Shown: piece after piece, positions 14,528 to 26,083 of the stretch
How positions within the stretch are numbered: the first letter of the stretch is position 1
Layout: the number at the start of each line of letters is the position of its first letter
Source: an uncultured bacterium
GTDB taxonomy: Bacteria > Edwardsbacteria > AC1 > EtOH8
DNA length: 64,000 nt
Assembly (NCBI GenBank): GCA_963780225.1
Contig: CAWAAX010000004.1
Location: forward strand, 128,001-192,000
Direction: 5' to 3'
Program-made: the position numbers and the translations under genes
The notes under the pieces: model-generated
What the model was told of the DNA's origin: nothing
The model's database searches: none
Seen by the model: the letters and a program-made list of their open reading frames with translations, nothing else

Positions 14528-14554
14528 GTACTACCGAGGATTCCTCGGTAGTAC
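14528..14554. repeat. 27-bp palindrome with perfect arms; reads TTEDSSVVQ (RhuM-like motif)
   Basis: GTACTACCGAGGA-T-TCCTCGGTAGTAC. Confidence 0.85.
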
Positions 14555-14640
14555 AAAATAGAACAATAAATACGTGTTAAAGAAAATATAGGGTTGAAAA
14601 ACAGGACAGTTTTTTTACAAAAAAATGCAACAACCCCAAA

Positions 14641-14730
14641 AGAGACTTAATAAACAAAGCTTCAACTGTCAAGGATTTCTTGTCGGTTCAAAAAATGGTG
14701 GTAGAATGGTTTCTCCCATATTGATGAATA
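14641..14730 (+). pseudogene. degenerate RhuM-like fragment around a second palindrome
   Basis: Reads ASTVKDFLSVQK, then GGRMVS and HIDEY in shifted frames; palindrome 14664-14688 (9/12). Confidence 0.5.
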
Positions 14731-14774
14731 CGCGTAGTTCTATTTAGAGAATATTCTAACAGGAAGTTGGTGTA

Positions 14775-14811
14775 AAACGGGGCTTTGTTAACAAAGCCCC
14801 GTTTGTTTTTT
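14775..14811. terminator. perfect 30-bp palindrome, probable bidirectional terminator
   Basis: AAACGGGGCTTTGTTAACAAAGCCCCGTTT followed by GTTTTTT. Confidence 0.7.
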
Positions 14812-14990
14812 ACTCAATATCTGGTATCTCGATTACCCATGGACACTATATGTATGACGATTTTAATCGGTCTATTCGGCCATAAAAGTAAAATATTTAT
14901 TTAAGAAACAGTAAAAACGACCCTGTTTTGTACTTTGGGGGGAACTATTTTTTTAGCCCAAAGAATTATAAAAATAATTGTTAAAGCATC

Positions 14991-15020
14991 TTGACTTTTA
15001 TACTGTAAATATTATATAAT
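14991..15020 (+). promoter_or_regulatory. sigma70 promoter of the str operon
   Basis: TTGACT-N18-TATAAT with an AT-rich upstream tract. Confidence 0.65.
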
Positions 15021-15138
15021 TGGGATTCCAATCGATTACAAAAATTTTTGACAAAACATTTCCGTTTTCGTCGCGGCGATGAAAACCGGATAAGGCTATT
15101 TTTGTCTTTAAAAATTATCTTTAGGGCAAGGAGAATTA

Positions 15139-15537
15139 ATGCCAACCATCAGCCAACTGATCCGCTCCGGAAGAAATTCCAAACGCAAGAAGACCAAGGC
15201 CCCGGCCCTCAACTCGTGCCCCCAGCGCAAGGGCGTGTGCCTCCGGGTCTACACCACCACCCCCAAGAAGCCCAACTCTGCTTTGCGCAAGGTGGCCAAG
15301 GTGCGTTTGACCAACGGATTTGAGATCCTTTCCTACATCCCGGGCGAGGGCCACAACCTGCAGGAGCACTCCATCGTCATGGTGCGGGGCGGCCGCGTCA
15401 AGGACCTGCCCGGCGTGCGCTATCACATCGTGCGCGGCACCCTGGACACTTCCGGGGTGGAGGGCCGCAAGAAGAGCCGCTCGCTGTACGGCACCAAGCG
15501 GATCAAGGCCGGAGCCAAGCCCGGCCTGAAAAAATAA
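15139..15537 (+). CDS. rpsL: 30S ribosomal protein S12
   Basis: [21 protein letters not shown]. Confidence 0.99.
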   Translation: MPTISQLIRSGRNSKRKKTKAPALNSCPQRKGVCLRVYTTTPKKPNSALRKVAKVRLTNGFEILSYIPGEGHNLQEHSIVMVRGGRVKDLPGVRYHIVRGTLDTSGVEGRKKSRSLYGTKRIKAGAKPGLKK

Positions 15538-15566
15538 CCGGGCCCAGCCGCTGAAACACGGAAAAG

Positions 15567-15617
15567 GTAAGGGCAATTCATGAATTGCCCCAACAAAGTA
15601 AGGGCAATTGTCCCAAC
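15567..15617. repeat. REP-like palindrome plus an internally deleted tandem copy
   Basis: GTAA-GGGCAATTCATGAATTGCCC-CAAC followed by GTAAGGGCAATTGTCCCAAC. Confidence 0.8.
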
Positions 15618-15655
15618 AAACATCCAACAATCTGAAAATCGGGAACTGATATAAA

Positions 15656-16126
15656 ATGCCAAGAAGAAAAAGAGTCATCAAACGCGAGGTCCTGCCGGAT
15701 CCCAAATACCACGATCCCATGGTCACCATCTTCATCAACAACATCATGAAGAGCGGAAAAAAGAGCGTGGCCGAGAAGATCTTCTACCAGGCCATCGACA
15801 TCGTGGAGCAGAAGCTGAAGCAGCCGGGGATCGACACCTTCAAGCAGGCCCTTAACAACATCAAGCCGGTGCTGGAGGTCAAGCCCCGCCGGGTGGGCGG
15901 CGCCACCTACCAGGTGCCCATTGAAGTCAAGCCCGAGCGGCGTACCGCCCTGGCCATCCGCTGGATGATCATCGCGGCCAAGGCCCGCTCCGAGAAGACC
16001 ATGCGCGACCGTCTGGCCGGAGAGATCATGTCCGCCAACAAGAACGAGGGCGGGGCCGTCAAAAAGAAGGAAGACACCCACAAGATGGCCGAGGCCAACA
16101 AGGCCTTCAGCCACTTCCGTTTCTAA
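15656..16126 (+). CDS. rpsG: 30S ribosomal protein S7
   Basis: [21 protein letters not shown]. Confidence 0.99.
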   Translation: MPRRKRVIKREVLPDPKYHDPMVTIFINNIMKSGKKSVAEKIFYQAIDIVEQKLKQPGIDTFKQALNNIKPVLEVKPRRVGGATYQVPIEVKPERRTALAIRWMIIAAKARSEKTMRDRLAGEIMSANKNEGGAVKKKEDTHKMAEANKAFSHFRF

Positions 16127-16337
16127 AAGCACTCCCTGGTTTTTCTTAAGTCCTTAAGCCCGGACTAACACAAAAAGATTTTTGACTTTTTAAAAGTTAA
16201 GATTTGTAAAATGAGAAACCTGACGCCATTTGCAGTTCCCGACGAAAGAAAATGACTTTCAGCCAGCCGCCTTCCTTTGGGCGTTGGCCGAAGGGATGGC
16301 GGACGGTTAAAATGCAGAAAGTAAAGTTGGAATTCAA

Positions 16338-18416
16338 ATGACCCAGGCTTCTTCGTTAAATAAGACCAGAAACATCGGCATCATGGCCCATATCGATGCC
16401 GGCAAGACCACCACCACCGAGAGGATACTGTTCTTCACCGGCAAGGTTCACCGGATCGGCGAGGTTCACGACGGCGCCGCCACCATGGACTGGATGGAAC
16501 AGGAAAAGGAACGCGGCATCACCATCACCTCGGCCGCCACCACCTGCTCCTGGAACGGGCACCGGATCAACATCATAGACACTCCGGGCCACGTGGACTT
16601 CACGGTGGAAGTGGAACGCTCCTTAAGGATCCTGGACGGGGCCGTGGCCCTGTTCTGCGCGGTAGGCGGCGTGGAGCCGCAATCGGAAACGGTCTGGCGC
16701 CAGGCCGACCGCTATCACATTCCCCGGATCGCCTTCATCAACAAAATGGACCGGGTGGGATCGGATTTCGACGATGCGGTGGAGATGATGAGGGAACGGC
16801 TGGCCGCCAAGGCGGTGCCCATCCAGATGCCCATCGGCAGCGGGGAGACCTTCACCGGAGCGGTGGATCTGGTCAAGATGCAGGCGATCATCTACGATGC
16901 GGGCGAGAACGAGGACCCCAAACTGAGCCCCATCCCCGAAGAATATCTGGCCCAGGCCCAGGCCGCCCACAACTTCCTGGTGGAACAGGTGGCCGAGTAC
17001 GACGAAGAGGCCCTCAATTTATACGTGGAAGGCCAGCCCATTCCGGAGCAGCTCCTGATGAAGGCCATCCGCCGGGGAACCCTGGACATCAAGATCTTTC
17101 CGGTGCTGTGCGGATCATCCTTCAAGAACAAGGGAGTGCAGCCGCTGCTGGACGCGGTGGTGGATTACCTGCCGGCCCCCCCCGACCTGCCCCCGATCTC
17201 CGGCTTGAATCCCGACACCGGCCAGCACGAAGACCGCCACGACGACCCGGACGAGCCTTTGGCGGCGCTGGTGTTCAAGATCGCCACCGATCCCTACGTG
17301 GGAAAGATATCGTATGTCCGCATCTACTCCGGCACCATCGAAGCCGGACAGGCAGTATACAACAGCAACATCAGCAAACACGAACGGGTCAGCCGGCTGC
17401 TTTTGATGCACGCCAACAAGCGGGAGGACGTGGAAAAGCTTTCGGCCGGGGACATCGCGGCCGTGGTGGGCTTAAAGGACAGCAAGACCGGCCACACCCT
17501 GTGCGAGAAGAAAAATCCCATAATCCTGGAATCCATGAACTTCCCCGATCCGGTGATCTCGGTGGCCCTGGAACCCAAGTCCAAGGCCGATGAGGATAAA
17601 TTAGGCAACGCTCTTTCGAAATTATCCGAAGAAGATCCCACCTTCAAGGTCAAGACCGACGAGGAAACAGGACAGACCATCATCTCCGGCATGGGCGAGC
17701 TTCACCTGGAGATCATCGTGGACCGGATGATGAGGGAATTCGGAGTGCAGGCCAACGTAGGCAAGCCCCAGGTCAGCTACCGGGAGACGGTCCGCAAGGC
17801 GGCCAAGGCCGAGGGCAAGTTCATCCGCCAGAGCGGCGGCCGGGGACAGTACGGACACGTGGAGATCATACTGGAGCCGCAGCAGCCGGGCCTGGGTTTT
17901 GAATTCACCAATGACACCGTCGGAGGCTCCATCCCCAAGGAATACATCAACTCGGTGGAGAAAGGGGTCAAAGAGGCGCTGGCGGCAGGGATTTTGGCCG
18001 GGTATCCGGTGGTGGACGTCAAAGTCAGCCTGGTCGACGGCTCTTATCACGAAGTGGACTCCTCGGACATAGCCTTCAAGGCCGCCGGTTCGATAGCCGT
18101 CAACGAGGCCCTGCGCAAGGCCGGCTCGGTGATCATGGAGCCGGTGATGAGCGTGGAGGTGGTGGTTCCGGAACTTTACATGGGAGAAGTGATCGGAGAC
18201 ATCAACTCCCGCCGGGGCAAGATACTGGGATTGGTAAAACGCAAGGACGCCCAGGTGATAGCCTCAATGGTTCCCCTGTCCGAGATGTTCGGATACGCCA
18301 CCAGATTAAGGTCTTTAACCCAGGGCCGGGCCATCTACACCATGCAGTTCCACCATTACGAAGAAGTGCCCCGTTCGATATCCGAAGAGATCATGGCTAA
18401 AAGCGGAACTAAATAA
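16338..18416 (+). CDS. fusA: elongation factor G
   Basis: [28 protein letters not shown]. Confidence 0.99.
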   Translation: MTQASSLNKTRNIGIMAHIDAGKTTTTERILFFTGKVHRIGEVHDGAATMDWMEQEKERGITITSAATTCSWNGHRINIIDTPGHVDFTVEVERSLRILDGAVALFCAVGGVEPQSETVWRQADRYHIPRIAFINKMDRVGSDFDDAVEMMRERLAAKAVPIQMPIGSGETFTGAVDLVKMQAIIYDAGENEDPKLSPIPEEYLAQAQAAHNFLVEQVAEYDEEALNLYVEGQPIPEQLLMKAIRRGTLDIKIFPVLCGSSFKNKGVQPLLDAVVDYLPAPPDLPPISGLNPDTGQHEDRHDDPDEPLAALVFKIATDPYVGKISYVRIYSGTIEAGQAVYNSNISKHERVSRLLLMHANKREDVEKLSAGDIAAVVGLKDSKTGHTLCEKKNPIILESMNFPDPVISVALEPKSKADEDKLGNALSKLSEEDPTFKVKTDEETGQTIISGMGELHLEIIVDRMMREFGVQANVGKPQVSYRETVRKAAKAEGKFIRQSGGRGQYGHVEIILEPQQPGLGFEFTNDTVGGSIPKEYINSVEKGVKEALAAGILAGYPVVDVKVSLVDGSYHEVDSSDIAFKAAGSIAVNEALRKAGSVIMEPVMSVEVVVPELYMGEVIGDINSRRGKILGLVKRKDAQVIASMVPLSEMFGYATRLRSLTQGRAIYTMQFHHYEEVPRSISEEIMAKSGTK

Positions 18417-18541
18417 ATCTAACCAATAGTACCTTCCCGCTAAAGACACTAAAACATTCAAAAAGAGTTTTGCTCAATTTGTGGGTTTAGCGGGGAATGA
18501 TAAAAGAAATATTTCTTAATCGTTAGTTGGGAGAAACCATC

Positions 18542-19735
18542 ATGGCCAAGCAGAAATTTGAGCGTAATAAGCCTCACGTGAACATCGGGACGATCGGTCA
18601 CGTGGACCACGGCAAAACGACCCTGACCAGCGCCATCACCAAGCATCAGTCGGAACTGGGCCTGGCCCTAGCCAAGAGCTACGAGGAGATCGACAACGCT
18701 CCGGAGGAAAAGGCCCGCGGAGTAACCATCAACGTGCACCATGCGGAGTACGAGACGGTGAAGCGGCACTATGCGCACATGGACTGCCCCGGCCACGCGG
18801 ACTATATAAAGAACATGATTACCGGAGCGGCCCAGATGGACGGAGCCATCTTAGTGGTGGCTGCCTCGGAAGGCGCGATGCCCCAGACGCGGGAGCACAT
18901 CTTGCTGGCCCGTCAGGTGGGGGTTCCGGCGCTGGTGGTGTACCTGAACAAGGTGGACCAGGTGGACGACCCGGAACTGATCGAGATCGTGGAGATGGAG
19001 ATCCGGGACCTGCTGACCCAGTACGGGTTCGCCGGGGACAAGACCCCGATCATCAAGGGCTCGGCCTTGAAGGCCATGGAGGGAGACAAATCGGAGATCG
19101 GAGTGCAGTCGATCCAGCGTCTGATGGACGCGGTTGACAGCTACATACCCGATCCGGTGAGAGACATAGACAAGCCGTTCCTGCTGGCCATCGAGGACGT
19201 GTTCTCGATCACGGGCCGGGGCACGGTGGGGACCGGGCGTATCGAGCGGGGCAAGGTGAAGGTGGGCGACAAGGTGGAGCGGGTGGGCATCCGCGAGACG
19301 CGGGATACGGTGGTGACCGGGGTGGAGATGTTCCGGAAACTGCTGGACGACGCCCAGGCCGGGGACAACGTGGGGGTGCTGCTGCGGGGGATCGAGAAGG
19401 CGGACCTGGAGCGGGGCATGGTGCTGGCGGCCCCCAAGACCATCACCCCCCATCAGAAGTTCAAGGGCGAGGTCTACGTGCTGACCAAGGAAGAGGGCGG
19501 GCGGCATACCCCGTTCTTTACCGGATACCGTCCCCAGTTCTTCTTTAGGACCACCGACGTCACCGGGAACCTGTCCCTGCCCAAGGGGGTGGAGATGATC
19601 ATGCCCGGCGACAACGTGACCATCGAGGGCGAGCTGCTGACCCCGATCGCCATGGAGAAGGGCCTGAAGTTCGCCATCCGCGAGGGCGGACGGACCGTGG
19701 GCTCCGGAACAGTCACCGAGATCCTGCCGGACTAA
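18542..19735 (+). CDS. tuf: elongation factor Tu
   Basis: [17 protein letters not shown]; start at MAKQKF. Confidence 0.99.
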   Translation: MAKQKFERNKPHVNIGTIGHVDHGKTTLTSAITKHQSELGLALAKSYEEIDNAPEEKARGVTINVHHAEYETVKRHYAHMDCPGHADYIKNMITGAAQMDGAILVVAASEGAMPQTREHILLARQVGVPALVVYLNKVDQVDDPELIEIVEMEIRDLLTQYGFAGDKTPIIKGSALKAMEGDKSEIGVQSIQRLMDAVDSYIPDPVRDIDKPFLLAIEDVFSITGRGTVGTGRIERGKVKVGDKVERVGIRETRDTVVTGVEMFRKLLDDAQAGDNVGVLLRGIEKADLERGMVLAAPKTITPHQKFKGEVYVLTKEEGGRHTPFFTGYRPQFFFRTTDVTGNLSLPKGVEMIMPGDNVTIEGELLTPIAMEKGLKFAIREGGRTVGSGTVTEILPD

Positions 19736-19834
19736 AAGACCCCTCCCAGGTAAATGGGAAATGGATAAATGGGAAATTAGGAAATTTAAAACAGTCAAAT
19801 CGGTTAATAAAAAACTCTCGAGGAGATATAAAAA

Positions 19835-20149
19835 GTGGCGGCTCAGAACATCAGGATAAAACTAAAGGCATACGACCATGCGGTGCTGGACAAATCGGTG
19901 GCCGAGATAGTCAACACGGCCAAACAGACCGGGGCCAGGATCTCGGGGCCCATCCCGCTGCCCACCAACCGCACCGTCTATACCGTCAACCGCTCCACCC
20001 ACGTGGACAAGAAGTCGCGGGAGCAGTTCGAGCGGCGGATCCACAAGCGCTTGATAGACATCTGGCACTCCTCTCCTCAGACCATCGACGCCCTGACCAA
20101 GCTGGACCTTCCGGCCGGGGTGGACATCGAGATCAAGACCGGATTATAA
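19835..20149 (+). CDS. rpsJ: 30S ribosomal protein S10
   Basis: GPIPLPT, KSREQFE. Confidence 0.99.
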   Translation: MAAQNIRIKLKAYDHAVLDKSVAEIVNTAKQTGARISGPIPLPTNRTVYTVNRSTHVDKKSREQFERRIHKRLIDIWHSSPQTIDALTKLDLPAGVDIEIKTGL

Positions 20150-20211
20150 CAGCTGTAAGCAGATGGCTTAAAGCTCTCAAAGAGTAAACAAGTAGCAGAG
20201 TAAAAGACACA

Positions 20212-20850
20212 ATGAACGGAATATTAGGCAGAAAAATAGGGATGACCCAGATCTTCGGGCCGGGCAACGCGGTGATCCCGGTGACGGTGATCGAAGCCGG
20301 ACCCTGCGTAGTGACCCAGGTCAAGGACGGCAAGCTTGATGGCTACTCTGCCGTCCAGCTGGGCTTTGTGGAGAAGAAAAAACAGAAGACCACCAAGGCC
20401 ATGCAGGGGCATTTCACCAAGGCCGGAGCCCCGGCTCCCCTGCGCTTCATCAAGGAGATCAGAACGGCCCAGGCCAAGGATTTCAAACCCGGCCAGGTGA
20501 TCAAGGCCGACCTGTTCGCCGAGGGCGACATGGTCAAGGTCACCGGGATCATGAAAGGCCGGGGCACCCAGGGCGTGGTCAAGCGCCACGGGTTCAAGGG
20601 CGGCCCCAAGACCCACGGTCAGACCGACCGCCTGCGCCGTCCCGGATCGGCCGGAGCCGGATCCACCCCGGGCCGGGTCTATCCCGGCCGGCGTTATCCC
20701 GGACAGATGGGCAATGTCCAGATCACAGTCCGCAACCTAAAGATCGTCAAAGTGGACGCCGAAAAGAACCTGCTCCTGGTCAAGGGCCCGGTGCCCGGCG
20801 CCCCCGACGGGATATTGGTCGTTCAAAAGATCATAAAAAAGAAGGCATAA
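20212..20850 (+). CDS. rplC: 50S ribosomal protein L3
   Basis: GRKIGMTQ, IPVTVI. Confidence 0.98.
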   Translation: MNGILGRKIGMTQIFGPGNAVIPVTVIEAGPCVVTQVKDGKLDGYSAVQLGFVEKKKQKTTKAMQGHFTKAGAPAPLRFIKEIRTAQAKDFKPGQVIKADLFAEGDMVKVTGIMKGRGTQGVVKRHGFKGGPKTHGQTDRLRRPGSAGAGSTPGRVYPGRRYPGQMGNVQITVRNLKIVKVDAEKNLLLVKGPVPGAPDGILVVQKIIKKKA

Positions 20851-20853
20851 AAC

Positions 20854-21480
20854 ATGTTGTCCGCAAATCTATATGATGCCCAGGGAAAAATGACAGGGAA
20901 TATAGACCTGCCCGAGAACATCTTCGGGGTCAGGGTGAATCAGCACCTGCTTTACCTGGCAGTAAAAAATTACCTGGATAACCGGCGGCAGGGAACCGCC
21001 AACACCCAGAATGCCGAGGACGTGCGGGGCGGCGGCAAAAAGCCGTTCAAGCAGAAAGGCACCGGCCGGGCCCGCCAGGGGAGCAACCGCTCCTCGCTGA
21101 TGGTGGGAGGCTACGTGGCCCACGGCCCCCATCCCCGGGATTATTCCTGGGAGATGCCCAAGACCAGCCGTCGCCAGGCCCTGAAGTCGGCCCTGACCGA
21201 TTCGTTCAAGACCGGCCGTCTGGCGGTGATCGACGCCGTGACCTCCGGCGGCAAGACCAAGGACGTCTACGGGGTGCTGAAGACCATGGAGCTGTCCGAC
21301 AAGAAAGTACTGCTGCTGGACGTGGCCCCTACCTCGGAACTGCTGCTCTCCGGCCGCAACATCAAAGGGCTGGCCATCCGGCCGGTGCGGGAACTGAACA
21401 CCTACGAGATCATGCGGGCCGACAGAGTGCTGTTCACCAAGGCCGGCGTGGAGGCCTTAAAGGAGGTCTTTAACAAATGA
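20854..21480 (+). CDS. rplD: 50S ribosomal protein L4
   Basis: KQKGTGRARQGS. Confidence 0.98.
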   Translation: MLSANLYDAQGKMTGNIDLPENIFGVRVNQHLLYLAVKNYLDNRRQGTANTQNAEDVRGGGKKPFKQKGTGRARQGSNRSSLMVGGYVAHGPHPRDYSWEMPKTSRRQALKSALTDSFKTGRLAVIDAVTSGGKTKDVYGVLKTMELSDKKVLLLDVAPTSELLLSGRNIKGLAIRPVRELNTYEIMRADRVLFTKAGVEALKEVFNK

Positions 21481-21767
21481 AAGATTTGAACAAGGTCATT
21501 AAAAAACCCCTGATCACCGAGAAATTCACCGCCCTGAAAGAGGCCTATAACCGTTACGCTTTTGAGGTCGACAAGAACGCCAACAAGCATGACGTCAAAA
21601 GGGCCATCGAGTCGGTCTTCAAGGTCAAGGTCACCGATGTGGCCACCATGAACGTCCGGGGCAAGATCAAGCGGCAGGGCCGCAACGAGGGCAAGCGCCC
21701 CGACTGGAAGAAGGCCGTGGTGACCCTGGCCAAGGACCAGAAGCTGGATATCGGCGACGGGGTTTAG
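21477..21767 (+). CDS. rplW: 50S ribosomal protein L23
   Basis: PLITEK, WKKAVVTL. Confidence 0.98.
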   Translation: MKDLNKVIKKPLITEKFTALKEAYNRYAFEVDKNANKHDVKRAIESVFKVKVTDVATMNVRGKIKRQGRNEGKRPDWKKAVVTLAKDQKLDIGDGV

Positions 21768-21831
21768 TTTTTCCGGGTCTTGGTTAAAAATGATTTTTCA
21801 AGCACCAGCAATACTAGGAGACGATACATAA

Positions 21832-22656
21832 ATGGGGATCAAGTCTTATAAACCGGTAACTCCCGGATTAAGGCACCGCACCGGCTACACCTTTGAAGAG
21901 CTGACCAAGCCTCTGGCTCCCAAACGCCTGAGGAAGGCCATGCGCAAAAGCGGGGGACGCAACAATCACGGACGGGTGACCGCCGACCACCGCGGGGGAG
22001 GGCATAAACGGGCCTACCGGATGATAGATTTCCGGCGCGATAAATTCGGGATCGCCGCCACGGTGGCCGCCATCGAGTACGATCCCAACCGCTCGGCCCG
22101 GCTGGCCCTGCTGAAGTACGCCGACGGAGAATGGCGCTACATCATGGCCCCGCTGGGACTGAAGCTGGGCGACAAGGTGATGTCCGGCCCCGGCTCCGAG
22201 ATCAAGAACGGCAACGCCCTGCCCCTGTCCGAGATCCCCATGGGCACCTCGGTCCACAACATCGAGGTCACCAAGGGCCGGGGCGGCCAGATGGTGCGCA
22301 CCGCCGGAGGATCGGCCCAGTTGCTGGCCAAGGAAGCCGGCTACGCCCAGCTGCGGATGCCCTCGGGCGAAGTGCGGATGATCAGCCTGGAATGCCTGGC
22401 CACCGTAGGACAGGTGGGCAACCTGGAACACGAGAACATCTCCATCGGCAAGGCCGGCCGCAACCGCTGGCTGGGGGTCAAGCCCCACAGCCGGGGCGTG
22501 GTCAAGAACCCCCACGACCACCCGATGGGCGGCGGCGAAGGCAAGTCCTCGGGCGGACGCCACCCCTGCGGCCCCACCGGACTCCTATCCAAAGGCAAGA
22601 AGACCCGCAACCGTAAAAAACTTTCCAGCAAGTTTATAGTCAAGAGGAGAAAGTAA
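21832..22656 (+). CDS. rplB: 50S ribosomal protein L2
   Basis: [17 protein letters not shown]. Confidence 0.99.
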   Translation: MGIKSYKPVTPGLRHRTGYTFEELTKPLAPKRLRKAMRKSGGRNNHGRVTADHRGGGHKRAYRMIDFRRDKFGIAATVAAIEYDPNRSARLALLKYADGEWRYIMAPLGLKLGDKVMSGPGSEIKNGNALPLSEIPMGTSVHNIEVTKGRGGQMVRTAGGSAQLLAKEAGYAQLRMPSGEVRMISLECLATVGQVGNLEHENISIGKAGRNRWLGVKPHSRGVVKNPHDHPMGGGEGKSSGGRHPCGPTGLLSKGKKTRNRKKLSSKFIVKRRK

Positions 22657-23024
22657 TGTCCCGCTCCCTAAAAAAAGGACCCTTCATCGATGCCAAGCTG
22701 TTTGCCAAGATCGAAGCCATGCACGCCGCCCGCGACAAGAAGGTGATCAAGACCTGGGCCCGGCGTTCCATGATCCCCCCGGAATTCGTGGGGTTCACCA
22801 TTTCGGTCCACAACGGCAACAAGTTCATACCGGTCTATGTCAGCGAGAACATGGTCGGCCATAAGCTGGGAGAGTTCTCCCCCACCCGCACCTTCCGCAA
22901 GCACGGCGCGGCCGGCAAGGAAGTAGACAAAAAGGGCGGAAAGAAGACCGAAACCACCACCGCTCCCGGTGCCCCCGGAGCAGCTCCGGCATCAGCTCCA
23001 GCGGCAGCCCCGGCCAAAAAATAA
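22656..23024 (+). CDS. rpsS: 30S ribosomal protein S19 with a Lys/Ala/Pro C-terminal tail
   Basis: [19 protein letters not shown]. Confidence 0.98.
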   Translation: MSRSLKKGPFIDAKLFAKIEAMHAARDKKVIKTWARRSMIPPEFVGFTISVHNGNKFIPVYVSENMVGHKLGEFSPTRTFRKHGAAGKEVDKKGGKKTETTTAPGAPGAAPASAPAAAPAKK

Positions 23025-23043
23025 ATAAACACTATTGAGTATT

Positions 23044-23409
23044 ATGGAAGCTTTAGCCAGACAAAAATTCGTCAGGGTCACCCCGCGCAAGATGCGGATA
23101 GTGGCCGACCTGGTGCGGGGAAAGAACTGCAACCAGGCCCTGTCCATCCTGCGCTTCGTGCCCCGGGCCGCCAGCCCCCTTATCCTGAAGGCCATCCAGT
23201 CGGCGGTAGCTTCGGCGGTGGAGCAGGCCGGCAAGGCCAAGTTCGATCCCGACACCCTCAAGGTCTCCGAGATCAGGGTGGATGAAGGCGCTACCTGGAA
23301 AAGAATGAGACCCCGGGCCCGGGGCCGGGCTGACCGCCGTTTGAAGCGGACCAGCCATCTGACGGTGCGGGTTTCCGACGGTCAACCAAAACAAGATACG
23401 GAGGAATAA
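23044..23409 (+). CDS. rplV: 50S ribosomal protein L22
   Basis: PRKMRIVAD, PRARGRA. Confidence 0.98.
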   Translation: MEALARQKFVRVTPRKMRIVADLVRGKNCNQALSILRFVPRAASPLILKAIQSAVASAVEQAGKAKFDPDTLKVSEIRVDEGATWKRMRPRARGRADRRLKRTSHLTVRVSDGQPKQDTEE

Positions 23410-23412
23410 GCC

Positions 23413-24063
23413 TTGGGTCAAAAGACAAATCCGATCGGGTTAAGGCTGGGGATCATCAAGACCTGGGATTCCCGCTGGTTCGCCAAAAAAGACTTTCCCG
23501 ATCTTTTGGAAGAAGATCAGAAGATCCGCCAGTACATCCGGCAGAAGCTGGCCAATGCCGGCCTGGCCAAGATCGAGATAGAACGCACCCCCAAAAGGGC
23601 CACCATCACCGTCCACACTTCGCGTCCCGGGATCGTGATCGGCCGCAAGGGAGCCGACATCGAAAAGCTCAAGGCCGAGGTCCAGCTGCTGACCGGACAG
23701 AAGGAAGTGCACCTGAACATCGCCGAGGTCAAGGTACCCGAGATCAATTCGATGCTGGTGGCCGATTCCATCGCCCGCCAGCTGGAACAGCGGATCTCCT
23801 TCCGCCGGGCCATGAAGAAGGCGGTCCAGGGATCATTAAGGATGGGAGCCCAGGGGATCAAGATCTCCTGCGGCGGCCGTCTGGGCGGGGCCGAGATCGC
23901 CCGGACCGAGACCTACCGCGAAGGCCGGGTCCCCCTGCACACTTTAAGGGCAGACATCGACTACGGCACCGCCACCTCGCACACCACTTTCGGCTGCATC
24001 GGGATCAAGGTCTGGATCTTCAAGGGCGAGCAGCTTCCGCCCCGCCAGGCCGTCAGGCAGTAA
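23413..24063 (+). CDS. rpsC: 30S ribosomal protein S3
   Basis: [25 protein letters not shown] start. Confidence 0.99.
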   Translation: MGQKTNPIGLRLGIIKTWDSRWFAKKDFPDLLEEDQKIRQYIRQKLANAGLAKIEIERTPKRATITVHTSRPGIVIGRKGADIEKLKAEVQLLTGQKEVHLNIAEVKVPEINSMLVADSIARQLEQRISFRRAMKKAVQGSLRMGAQGIKISCGGRLGGAEIARTETYREGRVPLHTLRADIDYGTATSHTTFGCIGIKVWIFKGEQLPPRQAVRQ

Positions 24064-24219
24064 CACCAAGAACGGAATTGACAGGATTAACATGATTTCC
24101 CGGAATTGATCTTAAATAACAATCCGGCAGATCCTGTCAAAAAAAGCCAGACCTTAACAAACCTGGGAAAATATTTCTACACCATCAAGTCTTTTTGATA
24201 CTTTGGAGATAGCACACAA

Positions 24220-24645
24220 ATGTTGATGCCAAAAAGGGTAAAACACCGTAAACAGCACCGGGGGCGCATGACCGGGACGGCCAGCCGGGGCCAGTTCGTG
24301 GAATTCGGAGATCAGGGGCTGATGGCCACCGAATCCGCCTGGATCACCGACCGCCAGATAGAATCCGCCCGGGTGGCCTTGACCCGCTTCACCAAAAAGG
24401 GCGGCCGGGTATGGATCCGGATCTTCCCCGACCATCCGTCCACCAAGAAACCGGCCGAGACCCGGATGGGAAAGGGCAAGGGCGCCCCGGACCACTGGGT
24501 GGCGGTGATCAAGCCGGGCCGGGTGATGTTCGAGATCGGCGGCATTCCCCCGGAATCAGCCAAGAAGGCCCTGGGCCTGGCTTCCCACAAACTGCCCATT
24601 AAAACCAAGATCGTCGAGCGCGATCGCACCATAAAGGTAATATAA
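24220..24645 (+). CDS. rplP: 50S ribosomal protein L16
   Basis: RMGKGKG. Confidence 0.99.
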   Translation: MLMPKRVKHRKQHRGRMTGTASRGQFVEFGDQGLMATESAWITDRQIESARVALTRFTKKGGRVWIRIFPDHPSTKKPAETRMGKGKGAPDHWVAVIKPGRVMFEIGGIPPESAKKALGLASHKLPIKTKIVERDRTIKVI

Positions 24646-24646
24646 C

Positions 24647-24874
24647 ATGGCCAAGGTAAAAGAACTTCGCCAAATGACCCGGGCCGAGGTGGAACAAAAG
24701 CTCAAGGAAGAAGGGCAGAACCTTTTTCATCTGACCATCCGCCATTCCACCCAGGGGCTGCCCAAGCCCACCGAGCTCAAAAAATCCCGCCGCCAGGTGG
24801 CCCGCCTCAAGACCGTGCTTCAGGAAGACAAGCTGGGCAAATCCAAGCTGGCCTCGGGCGCCAAGACCGCATAA
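24647..24874 (+). CDS. rpmC: 50S ribosomal protein L29
   Basis: KELR...RRQVARLKT; synteny. Confidence 0.93.
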   Translation: MAKVKELRQMTRAEVEQKLKEEGQNLFHLTIRHSTQGLPKPTELKKSRRQVARLKTVLQEDKLGKSKLASGAKTA

Positions 24875-24897
24875 TATCCAGCAATTTTAGGAGTTTT

Positions 24898-25155
24898 ATG
24901 ACCGAGAGAAATTTACGCAAGGAACGGACCGGCAAGGTCACCAGCAACAAGATGACCAAGACCATCGTGGTGGCGGTGGAGCGCAAGTTCAAGGACCCGT
25001 TTTACGGCAAGGTGGTAAAGCGGACCAGCAAACTGATGGCTCACGACGAGAAGAGCGAGGCCAAAGAGGGCGACACCGTCCGGATAGTGGAGACCAGGCC
25101 GCTCTCCAAGTGCAAGCGCTGGCGTTTGGACGGGGTCATCAGCAAAGCCAAGTAA
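24898..25155 (+). CDS. rpsQ: 30S ribosomal protein S17
   Basis: [15 protein letters not shown]. Confidence 0.98.
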   Translation: MTERNLRKERTGKVTSNKMTKTIVVAVERKFKDPFYGKVVKRTSKLMAHDEKSEAKEGDTVRIVETRPLSKCKRWRLDGVISKAK

Positions 25156-25213
25156 GGTTCCAGGGGTCTTTAAAAGCAATCAATAAAATCAACAGGCAAC
25201 AAGGTGGGTTGAA

Positions 25214-25582
25214 ATGATACAGCAATACAGCAGACTGACCGTGGCCGACAATACCGGAGCCCGCAAATGCATGTGCATCCAGGTGATGGGCGGACACACC
25301 CGGCGCTACGGCAGCATCGGGGACATAATCAAGATCGCCATCAAGGACGTGCTCCCCGGCGGCAGCATCAAGAAGGGCGAAGTGGCCCGGGCGGTGGTGG
25401 TCCGCACCAGGAAGGAAGTGCGGCGCCGGGATGGCTCCTACATCCGGTTCGACGAGAATGCCGCGGTGATCATCGACGACAAGAACGAACCCAAGGGCAC
25501 CCGCATCTTCGGGCCGGTGGGCCGCGAACTCCGGGAGAAGCTGTTCCTGAAAATAGTATCTTTGGCCCCCGAGGTGATATAA
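25214..25582 (+). CDS. rplN: 50S ribosomal protein L14
   Basis: [15 protein letters not shown]. Confidence 0.99.
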   Translation: MIQQYSRLTVADNTGARKCMCIQVMGGHTRRYGSIGDIIKIAIKDVLPGGSIKKGEVARAVVVRTRKEVRRRDGSYIRFDENAAVIIDDKNEPKGTRIFGPVGRELREKLFLKIVSLAPEVI

Positions 25583-25591
25583 GGAAATAAT

Positions 25592-25909
25592 ATGAAGATA
25601 AAGAAGAACGACACGGTAGTGGTGATAGCCGGAAAGGCCAAGGGCAAACGGGGCAAGGTGCTCAAACTCTTCCCCGAGAAGAGCCGGGCCATTGTGGAGG
25701 GCGTCCAGTTCATCAAGCGGCACACCAAGCCCCGCAAGCAGGGACAGAAGGCCGGGATCCTGGAAAAGGAGGCCCCGGTGGCCGTCTCCAACCTGATGGT
25801 GGTCTGCGCCAAGTGCAACAAGGGGGTCCGGGTGGGCGCCCGGGTGCTGGCCGACGGAAAACGTTCCCGGGTCTGCCAGTCCTGCGGCGAGATGCTGGAC
25901 AAAGCCTAA
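25592..25909 (+). CDS. rplX: 50S ribosomal protein L24
   Basis: KOW motif [11 protein letters not shown]; two CxxC. Confidence 0.98.
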   Translation: MKIKKNDTVVVIAGKAKGKRGKVLKLFPEKSRAIVEGVQFIKRHTKPRKQGQKAGILEKEAPVAVSNLMVVCAKCNKGVRVGARVLADGKRSRVCQSCGEMLDKA

Positions 25910-26083
25910 TTATTTAGCCACCCTTCTATACATCAGGGTAAACTCCGACACAAAGGCTCCAAACTATATTAATAAATTGAACATTAAATTTGTGTCTTGG
26001 TGACTTGGTGTCAGAGTAATTACATAATCGTAAACCCAAAATCAAAAACAAAACGCAAAAGTAAAATTTTGCTTGAGTGAGAA

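Noticed and set aside
10651..15138. Prophage, integron or IS element
   Set aside because: No integrase, transposase, phage structural gene or attC-like array; only BRO and R-M cargo
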